From a bacterium BMS3Bbin08 (GTDB lineage: Bacteria > Nitrospirota > Thermodesulfovibrionia > UBA6902 > BMS3Bbin08), in the NCBI GenBank assembly GCA_002897775.1, contig BDTR01000032.1, positions 5,556 to 69,555 of the forward strand: 64,000 nt of DNA, given 5' to 3'. The position numbers were made by a program, and so were the translations under genes. Below, piece by piece: positions 1-10,676 of this stretch. Under the pieces are notes generated by a model that was not told the origin of the DNA, did not search any database, and saw nothing but the letters and a program-made list of their open reading frames with translations. Numbering within the stretch: the first letter of the stretch is position 1; each line of letters starts with the position of its first letter.

Positions 1-1575
1 CACGCTGCTGACGGATACGCGCGGGCAAGCGGAAAGGTTGGCGTGGCCCTTGTGACTTCGGGCCCCGGTGCCACCAATACTGTTACGGGTATTGCCAATG
101 CCTCAATGGATTCAGTGCCAATAGTTGTTTTTTGCGGGCAGGTGCCGACGATGTTGATAGGAAATGATGCTTTTCAGGAGGCTGACATTGTAGGGATCAC
201 ACGGCCGTGCACAAAGTACAACTATCTTGTGAAAGATGTGAAGGACCTGGCCCATACGGTCAGGGAAGCGTTTCATATAGCGTCCACAGGAAGACCGGGT
301 CCGGTTCTGATCGATCTGCCAAAGGATGTCTCGGCAGGAAAGGCTGATTTTGTATGGCCCAAAGACATAAGAATACAGAGCTACAACCCGACCTATGAAG
401 GCAACAGGCGGATGATAAAACAGGCCGCGAATGAAATGGTCCGCGCCAAAAAGCCTGTTATCATGGCTGGCGGCGGAGTGATAATCTCCGAGGCTTCAAA
501 AGAGCTTACAGAACTGGCCAAAGCTGTGAACGCGCCTGTTACAACAACACTTATGGGTCTTGGCTGTTTCCCGGGCACACACCGCCTTTCCATGGGAATG
601 CTGGGTATGCACGGAACGTATTGCGCCAATATGGCTGTTCAGAACTCTGACCTGCTGATCGGCATAGGGGTAAGGTTTGACGACCGTGTTACCGGAAGGA
701 CCAGTTCTTTCGCGCCTGACGCCAGGATAATTCATATCGACATTGACCCTACGTCAATAAGAAAAAACGTAAGGGTCGATACCCCTATTGTTGGAGATGT
801 GAAACGTGTATTAAAGGAAATGCTGAAGGACATTAAGCAGGATGCTGAAAAGAAACGCGGAACTGACTCAAAAAAGCCGTGGGTAAAGCAGGTAGACAGG
901 TGGCAGAAGGAAAGACCTCTTACTTACAGATATGACAAGAAGCTTATTAAGCCCGAGTTTGTAGTAGAAAAAATTTATGAGCTGTCAAAAGGTAACGCGA
1001 TCATCTGCACGGAAGTGGGGCAGAACCAGATGTGGGCCGCGCAATTTTATAAATATGATAAGCCCAGGAGATGGTTGTCTTCAGGCGGCCTGGGAACAAT
1101 GGGTTATGGGTTTCCCGCGGCAATAGGGGCACAGTTCGCGCGTCCCAATGATCTGGTGGTGGACATTGCAGGTGACGGGAGCATTCAGATGAACATACAG
1201 GAACTGGCAACAGCGGTTATCAATAAACTGCCTGTTAAGGTGGCCATTCTTAACAACGGGTATCTGGGCATGGTCCGGCAGTGGCAGGAGCTTTTTTACA
1301 GAGGGCGCTATTCGCATACTAATCTTGGGGGGGGGCCTGATTTTGTAAAGGTCGCGGAAGCATACGGCGCGATCGGTTTAAGGGCGACCCGGCCTGAAGA
1401 GGTTGAGCCTGTTCTTAAAAAGGCATTCAAGATAAAAGATAAGCCCGTGTTCATGGACTTTGTGGTTGACTGGAAGGAAAAGGTCTATCCAATGGTCCCG
1501 GCCGGGGCGGCGATAGATGAGATGCTTTTTGATGAAGAAGAAAAGCCTAAAAAGAAACGCAAGACAAAAAAATAA
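1..1575 (+). CDS. ilvB: Acetolactate synthase large subunit (5' truncated by window edge)
   Basis: Frame open from base 1 ([12 protein letters not shown]); [14 protein letters not shown] and ThDP motif GDGSIQMN. Confidence 0.97.
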   Translation, partial: HAADGYARASGKVGVALVTSGPGATNTVTGIANASMDSVPIVVFCGQVPTMLIGNDAFQEADIVGITRPCTKYNYLVKDVKDLAHTVREAFHIASTGRPGPVLIDLPKDVSAGKADFVWPKDIRIQSYNPTYEGNRRMIKQAANEMVRAKKPVIMAGGGVIISEASKELTELAKAVNAPVTTTLMGLGCFPGTHRLSMGMLGMHGTYCANMAVQNSDLLIGIGVRFDDRVTGRTSSFAPDARIIHIDIDPTSIRKNVRVDTPIVGDVKRVLKEMLKDIKQDAEKKRGTDSKKPWVKQVDRWQKERPLTYRYDKKLIKPEFVVEKIYELSKGNAIICTEVGQNQMWAAQFYKYDKPRRWLSSGGLGTMGYGFPAAIGAQFARPNDLVVDIAGDGSIQMNIQELATAVINKLPVKVAILNNGYLGMVRQWQELFYRGRYSHTNLGGGPDFVKVAEAYGAIGLRATRPEEVEPVLKKAFKIKDKPVFMDFVVDWKEKVYPMVPAGAAIDEMLFDEEEKPKKKRKTKK

Positions 1576-1648
1576 AAGTCATTAAGTCAATAAGTCACTA
1601 AGTAATTATGTATTGATTGACTAAATAACTTAATAACTCAATTACTTA
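1576..1648. repeat. 8-nt periodic inverted tandem array (TAAGTCAT-type left, ATGACTTA-type right)
   Basis: aagtcat taagtcaa taagtcac taagtaat ... ttgactaa ataactta ataactca attactta. Confidence 0.85.
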
Positions 1649-1662
1649 TTTAGAGGGGTGAG

Positions 1663-2151
1663 ATGAGACATACGATATCCATACATGTTGAAAACAAATT
1701 CGGGGTGCTTTCAAGGGTTTCAGGACTTTTCAGCGGCAGGGGGTTTAATATAGAAAGCCTTTCTGTCGGTGAGACCACTGACCCGAAGGTGTCCTTAATG
1801 ACCATTGTAACAACAGGAGACGACCAGATAATCGAGCAGATAACCAAACAGCTCAACAAGCTTATTGATGTTATTAAGGTCATTGATTTCACAGGAATAG
1901 AGCACGTCGAGAGAGAAATGGTGATCGTTAAGATCACCCCTAAAAAGGACGACCGGGCCGAGGCCTTAAGGCTCGCTGAGATCTTCAGGGGCAGGATCGT
2001 GGATTCCGGACCAATGACATATACAGTCGAGATAACAGGTGACGAGAATAAAATAGAGGCTTTTGTGGAGATCATGAAGAACTTCGGCATCAAGGAGTTT
2101 GTTCGCACGGGTAAAGCGGCGATCGCCAGGGAAAGAATCAGAAAGACATAA
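1663..2151 (+). CDS. ilvN: Acetolactate synthase small (ACT) subunit
   Basis: ENKFGVLSRVSGLFSGRGFNIESL, QITKQLNKLIDV. Confidence 0.97.
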   Translation: MRHTISIHVENKFGVLSRVSGLFSGRGFNIESLSVGETTDPKVSLMTIVTTGDDQIIEQITKQLNKLIDVIKVIDFTGIEHVEREMVIVKITPKKDDRAEALRLAEIFRGRIVDSGPMTYTVEITGDENKIEAFVEIMKNFGIKEFVRTGKAAIARERIRKT

Positions 2152-2153
2152 AA

Positions 2154-2188
2154 TCAATTGTCAATTGACAATTGTCAATTTTCAATTT
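2154..2188. repeat. 7-nt tandem array (TCAATTG x5)
   Basis: tcaattg tcaattg acaattg tcaattt tcaattt. Confidence 0.85.
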
Positions 2189-2190
2189 AA

Positions 2191-3222
<1,032 letters not shown>

Positions 3223-3225
3223 ACA

Positions 3226-3387
3226 ATCAGAGCACCCCCACAGATTCGAAGCGAATCTGGACGCGGGGGCGGGCACAGATTACAGACTTCGGCATTCAGA
3301 TAAAAAAACATAACAAAGGCAGAACTACTGCTCAGGGATGTATCTTTTTCAGTCTGGGTTCTGTGCTCTGGGTTCTGTGCTCTGGAG
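3226..3387. repeat. 7-nt array (CAGA-type left, TCTGTGC/TCTGGGT right) with an internal palindrome
   Basis: tctgggt tctgtgc tctgggt tctgtgc at 3353-3380; cagattcgaagcgaatctg hairpin near 3241-3259. Confidence 0.65.
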
Positions 3388-3390
3388 CCA

Positions 3391-4020
3391 ATGTTTAAAC
3401 TTGCTCCTGAAGGTTATCCCTTTATCACAATCTTCGCGGTATTGTCTGTGATCACCGCTGTTATCGGACCACCCTGGATGGTCGCTGTCCCATTAGTGTT
3501 AACGGCGTTCATGATCTATTTCTTCCGGGACCCAGACAGGGTGACAACCGAAAGCAGAGACCTGTTTTATGCGCCTGCAGACGGCAAGGTCATCCTTATA
3601 CAGGAAACCGAAGAGAACGAACTATTGAATAAACGAGCGCTTGAAGTGAGCATTTTCATGGATGTGTTTAATGTCCATGTCAACAGGGCTCCGTGCGCGG
3701 GAACAGTTAAAGAGGTTGAGCGCTATCCCGGCAGGTTCATAGCCGCTTTCAAACATGATGCTTCAATGGTGAATGAGCATATAACCATGCTGATGGAGAC
3801 CGAACATGGAGATGTTGTTGTAAGGCAGGTTGCCGGCCTCCTTGCCAGACGCGCTGTATGCAGGGTAAAACCAGGGGCGTCCCTTAAGCAGGGGCAAAGA
3901 TACGGCATCATAAAATTCAGCTCAAGGCTTGACGTGTTCCTGCCATTAAATACCAGGATTAAGGTAAAATTAAACGATAAAGTAAAAGCAGGGGAAAGCA
4001 TTCTGGGAATAATCGAATAA
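3391..4020 (+). CDS. psd: Phosphatidylserine decarboxylase proenzyme
   Basis: FFRDPDR, APADGKV, IFMxxFNVHVNRAP, RYGIIKFSSRLD. Confidence 0.95.
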   Translation: MFKLAPEGYPFITIFAVLSVITAVIGPPWMVAVPLVLTAFMIYFFRDPDRVTTESRDLFYAPADGKVILIQETEENELLNKRALEVSIFMDVFNVHVNRAPCAGTVKEVERYPGRFIAAFKHDASMVNEHITMLMETEHGDVVVRQVAGLLARRAVCRVKPGASLKQGQRYGIIKFSSRLDVFLPLNTRIKVKLNDKVKAGESILGIIE

Positions 4021-4093
4021 AGTAATAAGTTATTCAGTCACTTAGTCATTGAGTGATTAATAATGACTTAATAACGCAATAACTTAATAACTT
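4019..4093. repeat. 8-nt periodic inverted tandem array (same family as 1576-1648)
   Basis: taagttat tcagtcac ttagtcat tgagtgat ... atgactta ataacgca ataactta ataactt. Confidence 0.85.
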
Positions 4094-4101
4094 GGCGTGC
4101 G

Positions 4102-4833
4102 ATGAGAAAAGGAATTTACTTATTACCCAATACACTGACACTGTGCGGGATGTTTTGCGGGTTTTACGCTATTCTCTCGGCACTTGACGGCAATTTTGTG
4201 CACGGCGCGTGGGCAATATTGATCGCGATCATCTTTGATGGACTTGACGGCTGGGTCGCGAGGCTGACCCACAGCACAACAAAATTCGGGATAGAGCTTG
4301 ACTCTCTTTCCGACCTTGTCGCGTTTGGAATCGCGCCTGCCGTGCTTATTTACAGCTGGGGGCTGAATTCTTTTGGCCGTATCGGCTGGGGCGCCGCGTT
4401 TTTCTACGTAATATGCGGGGCCTTAAGGCTTGCCCGTTTTAATGTGCAGATGGACACCGCGGAGAGCAAGGCATTTACAGGCATGCCCATTCCCGGAGCT
4501 GCCGGGATAACAGCCTGTATGGTTTTATTTTACACAGAGATCTGGGGCAGTCTGACAGGCAGGAACTATGTTGTGCTTTTACTGCCTTTTTTACTGGCGG
4601 CTCTTATGGTCAGCACATTCCGCTATCACGGTTTAAAGGAGATCGATTTTAAGAGGAGAAAACCATTCTGGCTTCTGGTCGCTATTGTGGCGGCCTTTGT
4701 TCTGGTTTTTATTAATCCTGAGATCGTGCTCTTTGTTTTTGGCATAATGTACATGTTATCCGGAATTATAGAGCACGTAAAGATCGTAAAAAAGAAGGAA
4801 CGCTTAGGGACCAGACAAAATGAGAACAGTTAA
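4102..4833 (+). CDS. pssA: CDP-diacylglycerol--serine O-phosphatidyltransferase
   Basis: DGLDGWVAR...FGIELDSLSD CDP-alcohol phosphotransferase motif; RLARFN. Confidence 0.95.
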   Translation: MRKGIYLLPNTLTLCGMFCGFYAILSALDGNFVHGAWAILIAIIFDGLDGWVARLTHSTTKFGIELDSLSDLVAFGIAPAVLIYSWGLNSFGRIGWGAAFFYVICGALRLARFNVQMDTAESKAFTGMPIPGAAGITACMVLFYTEIWGSLTGRNYVVLLLPFLLAALMVSTFRYHGLKEIDFKRRKPFWLLVAIVAAFVLVFINPEIVLFVFGIMYMLSGIIEHVKIVKKKERLGTRQNENS

Positions 4834-6325
4834 GATATTCGATACAACTCTCAGGGACGGGGAACAGTCGCCTGGAGCGTCCATGAACGTGGATGAAAAG
4901 GTGCAGGTTGCAAAACAGCTTGCCCGCCTTGGCGTGGATATTATTGAGGCTGGTTTTGCATTCAGCTCTCCGGGTGATTTTGAAGCCATAAAGACCATTG
5001 GCGCGGAGGTGGAGGGTCCTGTGATCTGCAGTCTTGCCCGGGCAAAAGAAGATGATATAAAAAGAGCCTGGGAAGCGCTCAGGGATGTTCCGAAGAAAAG
5101 GATCCACACATTTCATTCGACCTCTGATATCCATCTTAAGCACCAGTTCCGCATAAGCCGTGAAGAGGCCTTAAAGAGGTCTGTGGAAATGGTCAGGTTC
5201 GCGCGGAGCCTTGTTGAAGATGTGGAATTTTCACCCATGGACGCGGCAAGGACAGATATCAGTTACCTCTGTGAGGTTATAGAGGCGGTGATTGACGCTG
5301 GCGCGTCAACGGTCAATATACCTGATACGGTCGGCTATAGCATTCCGAATGAATTCGGCGCTTTAATAAAGGATATCCATGGCAGGGTGAAAAACATTGA
5401 TAAGGCCGTGATCTCGGTTCACTGCCATAATGACCTCGGACTCGCGACGTCAAACTCTCTTGCCGCGGTGCTTAACGGAGCAGGCCAGATCGAATGCACT
5501 ATCAACGGGATCGGGGAGCGTGCCGGAAACTGTTCTATGGAAGAAGTCGTAATGGCGATGAGGACAAGGCGGGACCTCTTCAACGCTGATACTCACGTAA
5601 ACTCTGAGGAGATAATGCGCAGCAGCAGGCTTGTTACAAAGGTCACAGGCATCTCGGTTCAGCCGAACAAGGCTATCGTCGGCGCCAATGCCTTTGCTCA
5701 CGAGTCAGGTATCCATCAGGACGGCCTGTTAAAGGACAAGTCGACCTATGAGATCATCAAACCCGAGACAATAGGCCTTCACAAGACAAAGTTTGTTCTT
5801 GGCAAGCATTCCGGAAGGCATGCCTTCAGAACCAGGCTTGATGAGCTCGGCTATAAATTGGCTGACGATGAGATCAACAGCGCGTTTGAGAGGTTTAAAA
5901 AGATCGCGGACCAGAAAAAGGATATCTTTGATGAGGACATAGAGGCCCTTGTTTCTGAAGAGGTCGGGAAAACCCCTGAGATATACAGGCTCCTGGGATT
6001 AAAAGTGTCTTCAGGCCTCGATCAAAAACCCGCGGCTGAAATAAAGCTCAAGGTTGATAAAGAAGTTGTGGAAAAAACAGAACATGGTGACGGCCCGGTC
6101 GATGCTGTTTATAAAGCCATTGCTTTAATTACGGAAACAGAGAGCAGCCTCATCAAATATGAGGTCAAGAGCATAACCGGCGGGACTGACGCCCTTGGAG
6201 AGGTGATGGTATCTCTTGAAGAGGACGGCAGGTCGGTAAGAGGGCACGGCGCTGATACCGACATTATTGTTGCCTCTGCCCAGGCGTATATAAACGCTCT
6301 GAACAAGCTTGCCGCAAAAAAATAG
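4820..6325 (+). CDS. leuA: 2-isopropylmalate synthase
   Basis: DTTLRDGEQ, HCHNDLG, GERAGN, HESGIHQDG, GKHSGR. Confidence 0.97.
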   Translation: MRTVKIFDTTLRDGEQSPGASMNVDEKVQVAKQLARLGVDIIEAGFAFSSPGDFEAIKTIGAEVEGPVICSLARAKEDDIKRAWEALRDVPKKRIHTFHSTSDIHLKHQFRISREEALKRSVEMVRFARSLVEDVEFSPMDAARTDISYLCEVIEAVIDAGASTVNIPDTVGYSIPNEFGALIKDIHGRVKNIDKAVISVHCHNDLGLATSNSLAAVLNGAGQIECTINGIGERAGNCSMEEVVMAMRTRRDLFNADTHVNSEEIMRSSRLVTKVTGISVQPNKAIVGANAFAHESGIHQDGLLKDKSTYEIIKPETIGLHKTKFVLGKHSGRHAFRTRLDELGYKLADDEINSAFERFKKIADQKKDIFDEDIEALVSEEVGKTPEIYRLLGLKVSSGLDQKPAAEIKLKVDKEVVEKTEHGDGPVDAVYKAIALITETESSLIKYEVKSITGGTDALGEVMVSLEEDGRSVRGHGADTDIIVASAQAYINALNKLAAKK

Positions 6326-6381
6326 CGCTTAAGCAAGAGCCGTTTTTATCCTGTGAAAAGACCGCGATTTTGTCTCATTGG

Positions 6382-6424
6382 TTCACCCCGTGAGATAATC
6401 AGTTTTGCTATCTCACGGGGTGAA
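6382..6424. repeat. REP-like palindrome TTCACCCCGTGAGATA...TATCTCACGGGGTGAA
   Basis: Perfect ~16-bp inverted repeat; ends related to CCCCGTTAGA/TCTAACGGGG copies near 2201, 13300, 23895 and 25595. Confidence 0.8.
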
Positions 6425-6508
6425 TTGACTAATCTCAACAGCATCCTGTAATATGTCCAGTACATCTTTTTTTGAGAGAAAAACCCGGTTTTTTAATTTG
6501 GAGAAACC

Positions 6509-7786
6509 ATGAACATCACGGAAAAAATTCTTGCCGCACACCTGTCTGACCGGCAGGCGGGCTCAGGCAAAAAAGAGGTATCAGCCGGAGAGCTGATCAA
6601 CGCCAGGGTTGACCTTGTTCTTGCCAATGATATTACCGCGCCTATCTCAATTACCGAGTTTAAGAAAACCGGAGCAAAGGATGTATTTGATAAGAACAGG
6701 ATTGCTTTTATACCTGATCACTTTGCGCCTCAGAAAGACATAAAAGCTGCGGAACAGTGCAAGATGCTCAGGGAGTTTTCCAGGGAGTACGGTCTTGGGC
6801 TTTACTTTGAGGTTGGAAGAATGGGAGTTGAGCACGCGCTTCTTCCTGAAGAGGGCATTGTCGTGCCCGGAGACCTGGTCGTGGGGGCTGACAGCCATAC
6901 CTGCACCTACGGCGCGCTCGGGGCTTTTTCAACGGGCGTCGGCTCAACAGATGTGGCAGCGGCTATGGCAACGGGAGAGTGCTGGTTTAAGGTCCCTGAA
7001 TCAATGAAATTTATATATTACGGAAAGCTCAATAAATGGGTCAGCGGCAAGGACCTGATACTTCATACTATCGGGGATATCGGAGTGGACGGCGCGCTTT
7101 ACAGGGCAATGGAATTTGAGGGAGAAGTGATCAGGTCGCTTCCCATGCATTCGAGGCTCACAATGTGCAACATGGCAATAGAAGCCGGGGGGAAGAACGG
7201 GATCATTGTGCCCGATGAAATAACAGAGCAATATGCCAAAGGCAGAGCCAGGAGGGAATATACATTTTATACTTCTGACGAGGATGCGAAATACGCGGAG
7301 GTTAAAGAGTACGATTGTTCAAGTATCCCTCTTACTGTATCATGCCCGCACCTCCCGTCAAATACAAAGCCTGCCGCAGAGCTTTCCAATGTCGCGATCG
7401 ACCAGGTTGTTGTAGGCTCCTGCACGAACGGCAGAATAGAGGACATGAGAGAGGCGGCAGAGGTTATAAAAGGCAGAAAGGTAAACCCGAACGTAAGGAT
7501 GATAGTAATTCCCGCGACACAGAAGGTGTACCTTCAGGCTGTAACAGAAGGACTTGCCGAGATATTTGTGAACGCGGAGGCTGTTTTTTCAACCCCTACA
7601 TGCGGTCCGTGCCTCGGCGGGCATATGGGAGTCCTTGCGAAAGGCGAGCGGGCGATCGCGACAACAAACAGGAATTTTGTGGGCAGAATGGGGCACCCTG
7701 AAAGTGAAGTGTACCTTTCAAATCCCGCGGTTGCGGCGGCTTCCGCGATAAAGGGAAGGATAGCGACGCCTGAGGAAGTGATCTGA
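6509..7786 (+). CDS. leuC: 3-isopropylmalate dehydratase large subunit (carries a 7-aa in-frame insertion)
   Basis: [28 protein letters not shown]. Confidence 0.96.
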   Translation: MNITEKILAAHLSDRQAGSGKKEVSAGELINARVDLVLANDITAPISITEFKKTGAKDVFDKNRIAFIPDHFAPQKDIKAAEQCKMLREFSREYGLGLYFEVGRMGVEHALLPEEGIVVPGDLVVGADSHTCTYGALGAFSTGVGSTDVAAAMATGECWFKVPESMKFIYYGKLNKWVSGKDLILHTIGDIGVDGALYRAMEFEGEVIRSLPMHSRLTMCNMAIEAGGKNGIIVPDEITEQYAKGRARREYTFYTSDEDAKYAEVKEYDCSSIPLTVSCPHLPSNTKPAAELSNVAIDQVVVGSCTNGRIEDMREAAEVIKGRKVNPNVRMIVIPATQKVYLQAVTEGLAEIFVNAEAVFSTPTCGPCLGGHMGVLAKGERAIATTNRNFVGRMGHPESEVYLSNPAVAAASAIKGRIATPEEVI

Positions 7787-7949
7787 CGGAAATTGCTTCA
7801 ATAAAACATGAGTGATTACATGAAGTATGGCTACGCAACAAATTGATAAATAAACTTTTTTGCTGTGATGTTGTTGCTGATTTGACAGAAGGTAAACTGG
7901 CAGAATTGGAACACCGGTGGATGTAGTATAACAAGACATGGAAAGCTGG

Positions 7950-7998
7950 TGAGCCATTAGTTGTTAGCTGTTAGTTATGAGCTATCAGCTATGAGCTA
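7950..7998. repeat. 7-nt tandem array (TNAGCTA-type x7)
   Basis: tgagcca ttagttg ttagctg ttagtta tgagcta tcagcta tgagcta. Confidence 0.8.
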
Positions 7999-8014
7999 TT
8001 TGGGAGGAGATAAA

Positions 8015-8533
8015 ATGATCCTTAAAGGTAAGGTCTGGCAGTTTGGAGATAATGTAGACACTGACGCGATAATCCCGGCGCGCTATCTTAATACATCAGA
8101 TCCCAAAGAACTTGCCAGGCATATAATGGAGGATGCTGACAAGGAATTCCCGGACAAGGTAAGCTCCGGAGATATAATAGTTGCGGGAAACAATTTCGGG
8201 TGCGGTTCTTCAAGAGAGCATGCCCCTATCGCGATAAAGGCAGCTGGTCTTCAGGCTGTTATTGCAAAGAGCTTTGCCAGGATATTCTACAGAAACTCGT
8301 TTAATATAGGGCTTCCCATCTTTGAGTCTGAAGAAGCGGCTGAGAAGATCAGCGCTGGAGATGAGATAGAAATAGACGCGGACAGGGGTGTTATCAAAAA
8401 CATCACTAAAGGCGAAGAATACACCGCAAAACCTATTCCTCCGTTCATGCAGGAATTGATCTCAGTAGGCGGTTTGATCGAATGGACAAAGGCCAAGATC
8501 AAAAAACAAGAAATTGAGAGGTTGAGAAGTTAA
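8015..8533 (+). CDS. leuD: 3-isopropylmalate dehydratase small subunit
   Basis: [36 protein letters not shown] 8015 follows GGAGGAG. Confidence 0.96.
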   Translation: MILKGKVWQFGDNVDTDAIIPARYLNTSDPKELARHIMEDADKEFPDKVSSGDIIVAGNNFGCGSSREHAPIAIKAAGLQAVIAKSFARIFYRNSFNIGLPIFESEEAAEKISAGDEIEIDADRGVIKNITKGEEYTAKPIPPFMQELISVGGLIEWTKAKIKKQEIERLRS

Positions 8534-8630
8534 GAGGCTGAGAACTGTTAAGCAAGACGTTGAGTTGTTGAGAAGTCGAGTTGTTGGGAACTACTTAACC
8601 ACTTAACTACTGTACTACTTAACGATTCAC
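8513..8630. repeat. 8-nt periodic array (GTTGAGAA-type left, CTACTTAA-type right) overlapping the leuD 3' end
   Basis: gttgagaa gttaagag gctgagaa ... gttgagtt gttgagaa gtcgagtt gttgggaa ctacttaa ccacttaa. Confidence 0.8.
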
Positions 8631-8660
8631 CTATTATTTTATCCAAACGGCTGGTTCTGT

Positions 8661-9578
8661 ATGATGCCTGACTCTTATGATTTTATAGCCGCCTATCTGA
8701 AACTTTCCAAAGAAGCTCTCAGGGTAAAGATACAAAGAGCCGAAGAAATACTTACAAGCTGTACCCTGTGTCCGCGCAGCTGCAAAGTCGACCGGACAGC
8801 CGGGGAAAAAGGTTTTTGCAAGACCGGCAGCAAACCACTTGTCTCAAGCTTTAATCCCCACTTTGGCGAGGAACGCCCGCTTGTGGGAGAGCGCGGCTCA
8901 GGAACCATTTTTTTCAGCCGATGCAACCTTGGCTGTCTTTTCTGTCAGAACTGGACGATAAGCCATAACGGCGAAGGCAGTATAATATCTTTTGATGCGT
9001 TAGCCGGCATGATGCTGTCCCTGCAGAATTCCGGCTGTCACAATATAAACCTTGTCACACCGACCCATCAGGTCCCCATGATACTGAGATCTTTGGAGAT
9101 TGCAAAAGATATGGGTTTGAAGGCTCCTATAGTGTATAACTGCGGGGGATATGAATCTATCGATACCCTGAAAATACTCGATGGAGTTGTTGATATATAT
9201 ATGCCGGATATCAAGTATTCAGACCCTGATGTTGCCCTGAAATATTCAAAAGCAAAGGATTACCCTCAGGTAGCAAAGGCGGCTGTAAAAGAGATGCACA
9301 GGCAGGTTGGGGACCTTGTCATGGATGAACGGGGCATTGCCTTAAGGGGACTGCTTGTAAGGCATCTTGTGCTGCCGGAGGGTCTTGCCGGCACAGAGGA
9401 AATAGTCAAATTTCTTGCTGAAGAGATATCGCCTGATACGTATACGAACATAATGGCGCAGTATTACCCCTGTTATCAGGCCGCCGGGCTTCCGCCTCTT
9501 GACAGGAGAACAACAGGCGAAGAATACATAAAGGCAGTAAAGGCGGCACAGCGCGCGGGGCTTAAAAGGCTTGACTGA
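8661..9578 (+). CDS. Radical SAM protein, PflX family
   Basis: CTLCPRSC, HFGEE, GSGTIFF, CNLGCLFCQN, HNINLVTPTH, VRHLVLP. Confidence 0.9.
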   Translation: MMPDSYDFIAAYLKLSKEALRVKIQRAEEILTSCTLCPRSCKVDRTAGEKGFCKTGSKPLVSSFNPHFGEERPLVGERGSGTIFFSRCNLGCLFCQNWTISHNGEGSIISFDALAGMMLSLQNSGCHNINLVTPTHQVPMILRSLEIAKDMGLKAPIVYNCGGYESIDTLKILDGVVDIYMPDIKYSDPDVALKYSKAKDYPQVAKAAVKEMHRQVGDLVMDERGIALRGLLVRHLVLPEGLAGTEEIVKFLAEEISPDTYTNIMAQYYPCYQAAGLPPLDRRTTGEEYIKAVKAAQRAGLKRLD

Positions 9579-9695
9579 ATTTCCGGCGCGAGAAGAGAAA
9601 TTACTTTCTGTATGTTCTGTTTTGTGCTACTATTTTAGGTAGAAGTGTGTACCGGCCTGTATGCTCAATCGCAGGTGCAAAATAAAACAGGAGGT

Positions 9696-10043
9696 ATGAT
9701 TATGGAACAGAATGTTTTTCTTGTTATCAGCAGTGATGTGATGGGAAAGGATGAGGATATAGGCAGGGCGGTAATAAAGAATTTTTTTGAGACTGTAAAG
9801 GCTACAAAAGAAATACCCCATACTATCTTTTTTGTAAATGCCGGGGTAAAGCTTACGACTGTAAACGAGGAGACAATAGCCATTCTCAAGGACATTGCAG
9901 AACTGGGAACAGAAATGTACTCATGCGGCACATGTCTGAAACATTATGACCTTGAAGACAAGATAAATGTCGGCAACAGGGGCGCTTCTACCCAGGTGGT
10001 CGAGGCGCTTAATGATTTCAAAAAAGTAGTATGGGTAGGGTAG
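9696..10043 (+). CDS. yedF: DsrE-fold selenium metabolism protein (YedF C-terminal-like)
   Basis: MGKDEDIG, FVNAGVKLT, SCGTCLKHY; GGAGG RBS; adjacent to the selD locus. Confidence 0.75.
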   Translation: MIMEQNVFLVISSDVMGKDEDIGRAVIKNFFETVKATKEIPHTIFFVNAGVKLTTVNEETIAILKDIAELGTEMYSCGTCLKHYDLEDKINVGNRGASTQVVEALNDFKKVVWVG

Positions 10044-10113
10044 TTCAACCCTTGCTCCTATCTTCCTGGTTCTCGCTTTTGCCCCGAATTCAAAGGCGCG
10101 TCATAATCAGAGG

Positions 10114-10242
10114 TCACTCTAACATCATAGCAGAGTGCCACGGGCTTGCCCGTGGGAATCTGCTAACCTTATTGCTTTTTACGTTCAGATAGAAATTGCA
10201 GCCTGTCCCGCAATATGTGCATGTAGTCCTGACCTTTTCCAT
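10114..10242 (-). pseudogene. N-terminal remnant of a formate dehydrogenase alpha / molybdopterin oxidoreductase
   Basis: MEKVRTTCTYCGTGCNFYLNVK (Fe4S4 CxxCxxxC motif) with AAGGAG RBS, then runs into a palindrome and stops. Confidence 0.8.
10138..10155. repeat. Palindrome CCACGGGCTTGCCCGTGG (REP/IS-end-like)
   Basis: Perfect inverted repeat; an interrupted copy lies near 55226-55263. Confidence 0.75.
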
Positions 10243-10270
10243 TTCATAATTCTCCTTTGTGTTTATAATC

Positions 10271-10367
10271 TGGAGAGGGGAAGTGGGAATTGAACCCACC
10301 AGGACATTTTCTGAATATCCTGTCACTGGTTTTGCAGACCAGGAGGAACACCAGTTCCATACCCCTC
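10271..10367 (-). tRNA. tRNA-Sec-shaped tRNA with GCA (Cys) anticodon and U73 discriminator (selC*-like tRNA-Cys)
   Basis: GAGGGGUA U GGAAC-UGGU-GUUCC UC CUGGU-CUGCAAA-ACCAG UGA CAGGAUAUU-CAGAA-AAUGUCCUG GUGGG-UUCAAUU-CCCAC UUCCCCUC U CCA; 97 nt, encoded CCA. Confidence 0.88.
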
Positions 10368-10514
10368 ATACAATTAATGACTAACAGGTTTTTTGGCGCT
10401 ACTTCAGCGAAAATCCGTCTTGCACACGCTGACCTCTGTGACTGTAAACAATACGGTCCATCTCCTTTTTGTTTTTGAATGGCTTTAGGCTATCCCTGGA
10501 ACAGCCTTGAAGAA

Positions 10515-10594
10515 TCGGAATATATAATATATTCTATAGGCATGTCAAATAGATTTATTTTATTAACATTAGTTTATTGATAGATACAACCGAT
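10515..10594 (-). promoter_or_regulatory. Sigma70-like promoter plus LysR-type T-N11-A box upstream of the tRNA
   Basis: TTGACA on minus strand at 10543-10548; ATAG-N7-CGAT at 10580-10594; matches the selD promoter. Confidence 0.65.
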
Positions 10595-10676
10595 AGTTTG
10601 CAGGTCGGATTTAATCCGGGTTAAAATAAGTCGGCGCAATTCAGAGAAAATCAATCGCCATATTTGGAGCTAAGTT

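Noticed and set aside
1576..1648. CRISPR array interpretation of the periodic repeats
   Set aside because: Units are 7-8 nt with no unique spacers, and no cas genes are in the window
3391..4833. psd-pssA inside the ilv-leu operon as a novelty
   Set aside because: To my knowledge this order is common in deltaproteobacteria-like genomes
7787..7950. Possible gene remnant between leuC and leuD
   Set aside because: Only very short ORFs; nothing recognisable
10271..10367. Canonical selC tRNA-Sec(UCA)
   Set aside because: The anticodon reads GCA and the discriminator is U, not UCA/G73
10375..10470. Tiny minus-strand ORF after AAGGAG in the tRNA leader (MFTVTEVSVCKTDFR* or MDRIVYSH...)
   Set aside because: Too short; the HesB-like resemblance and UGA readthrough cannot be supported
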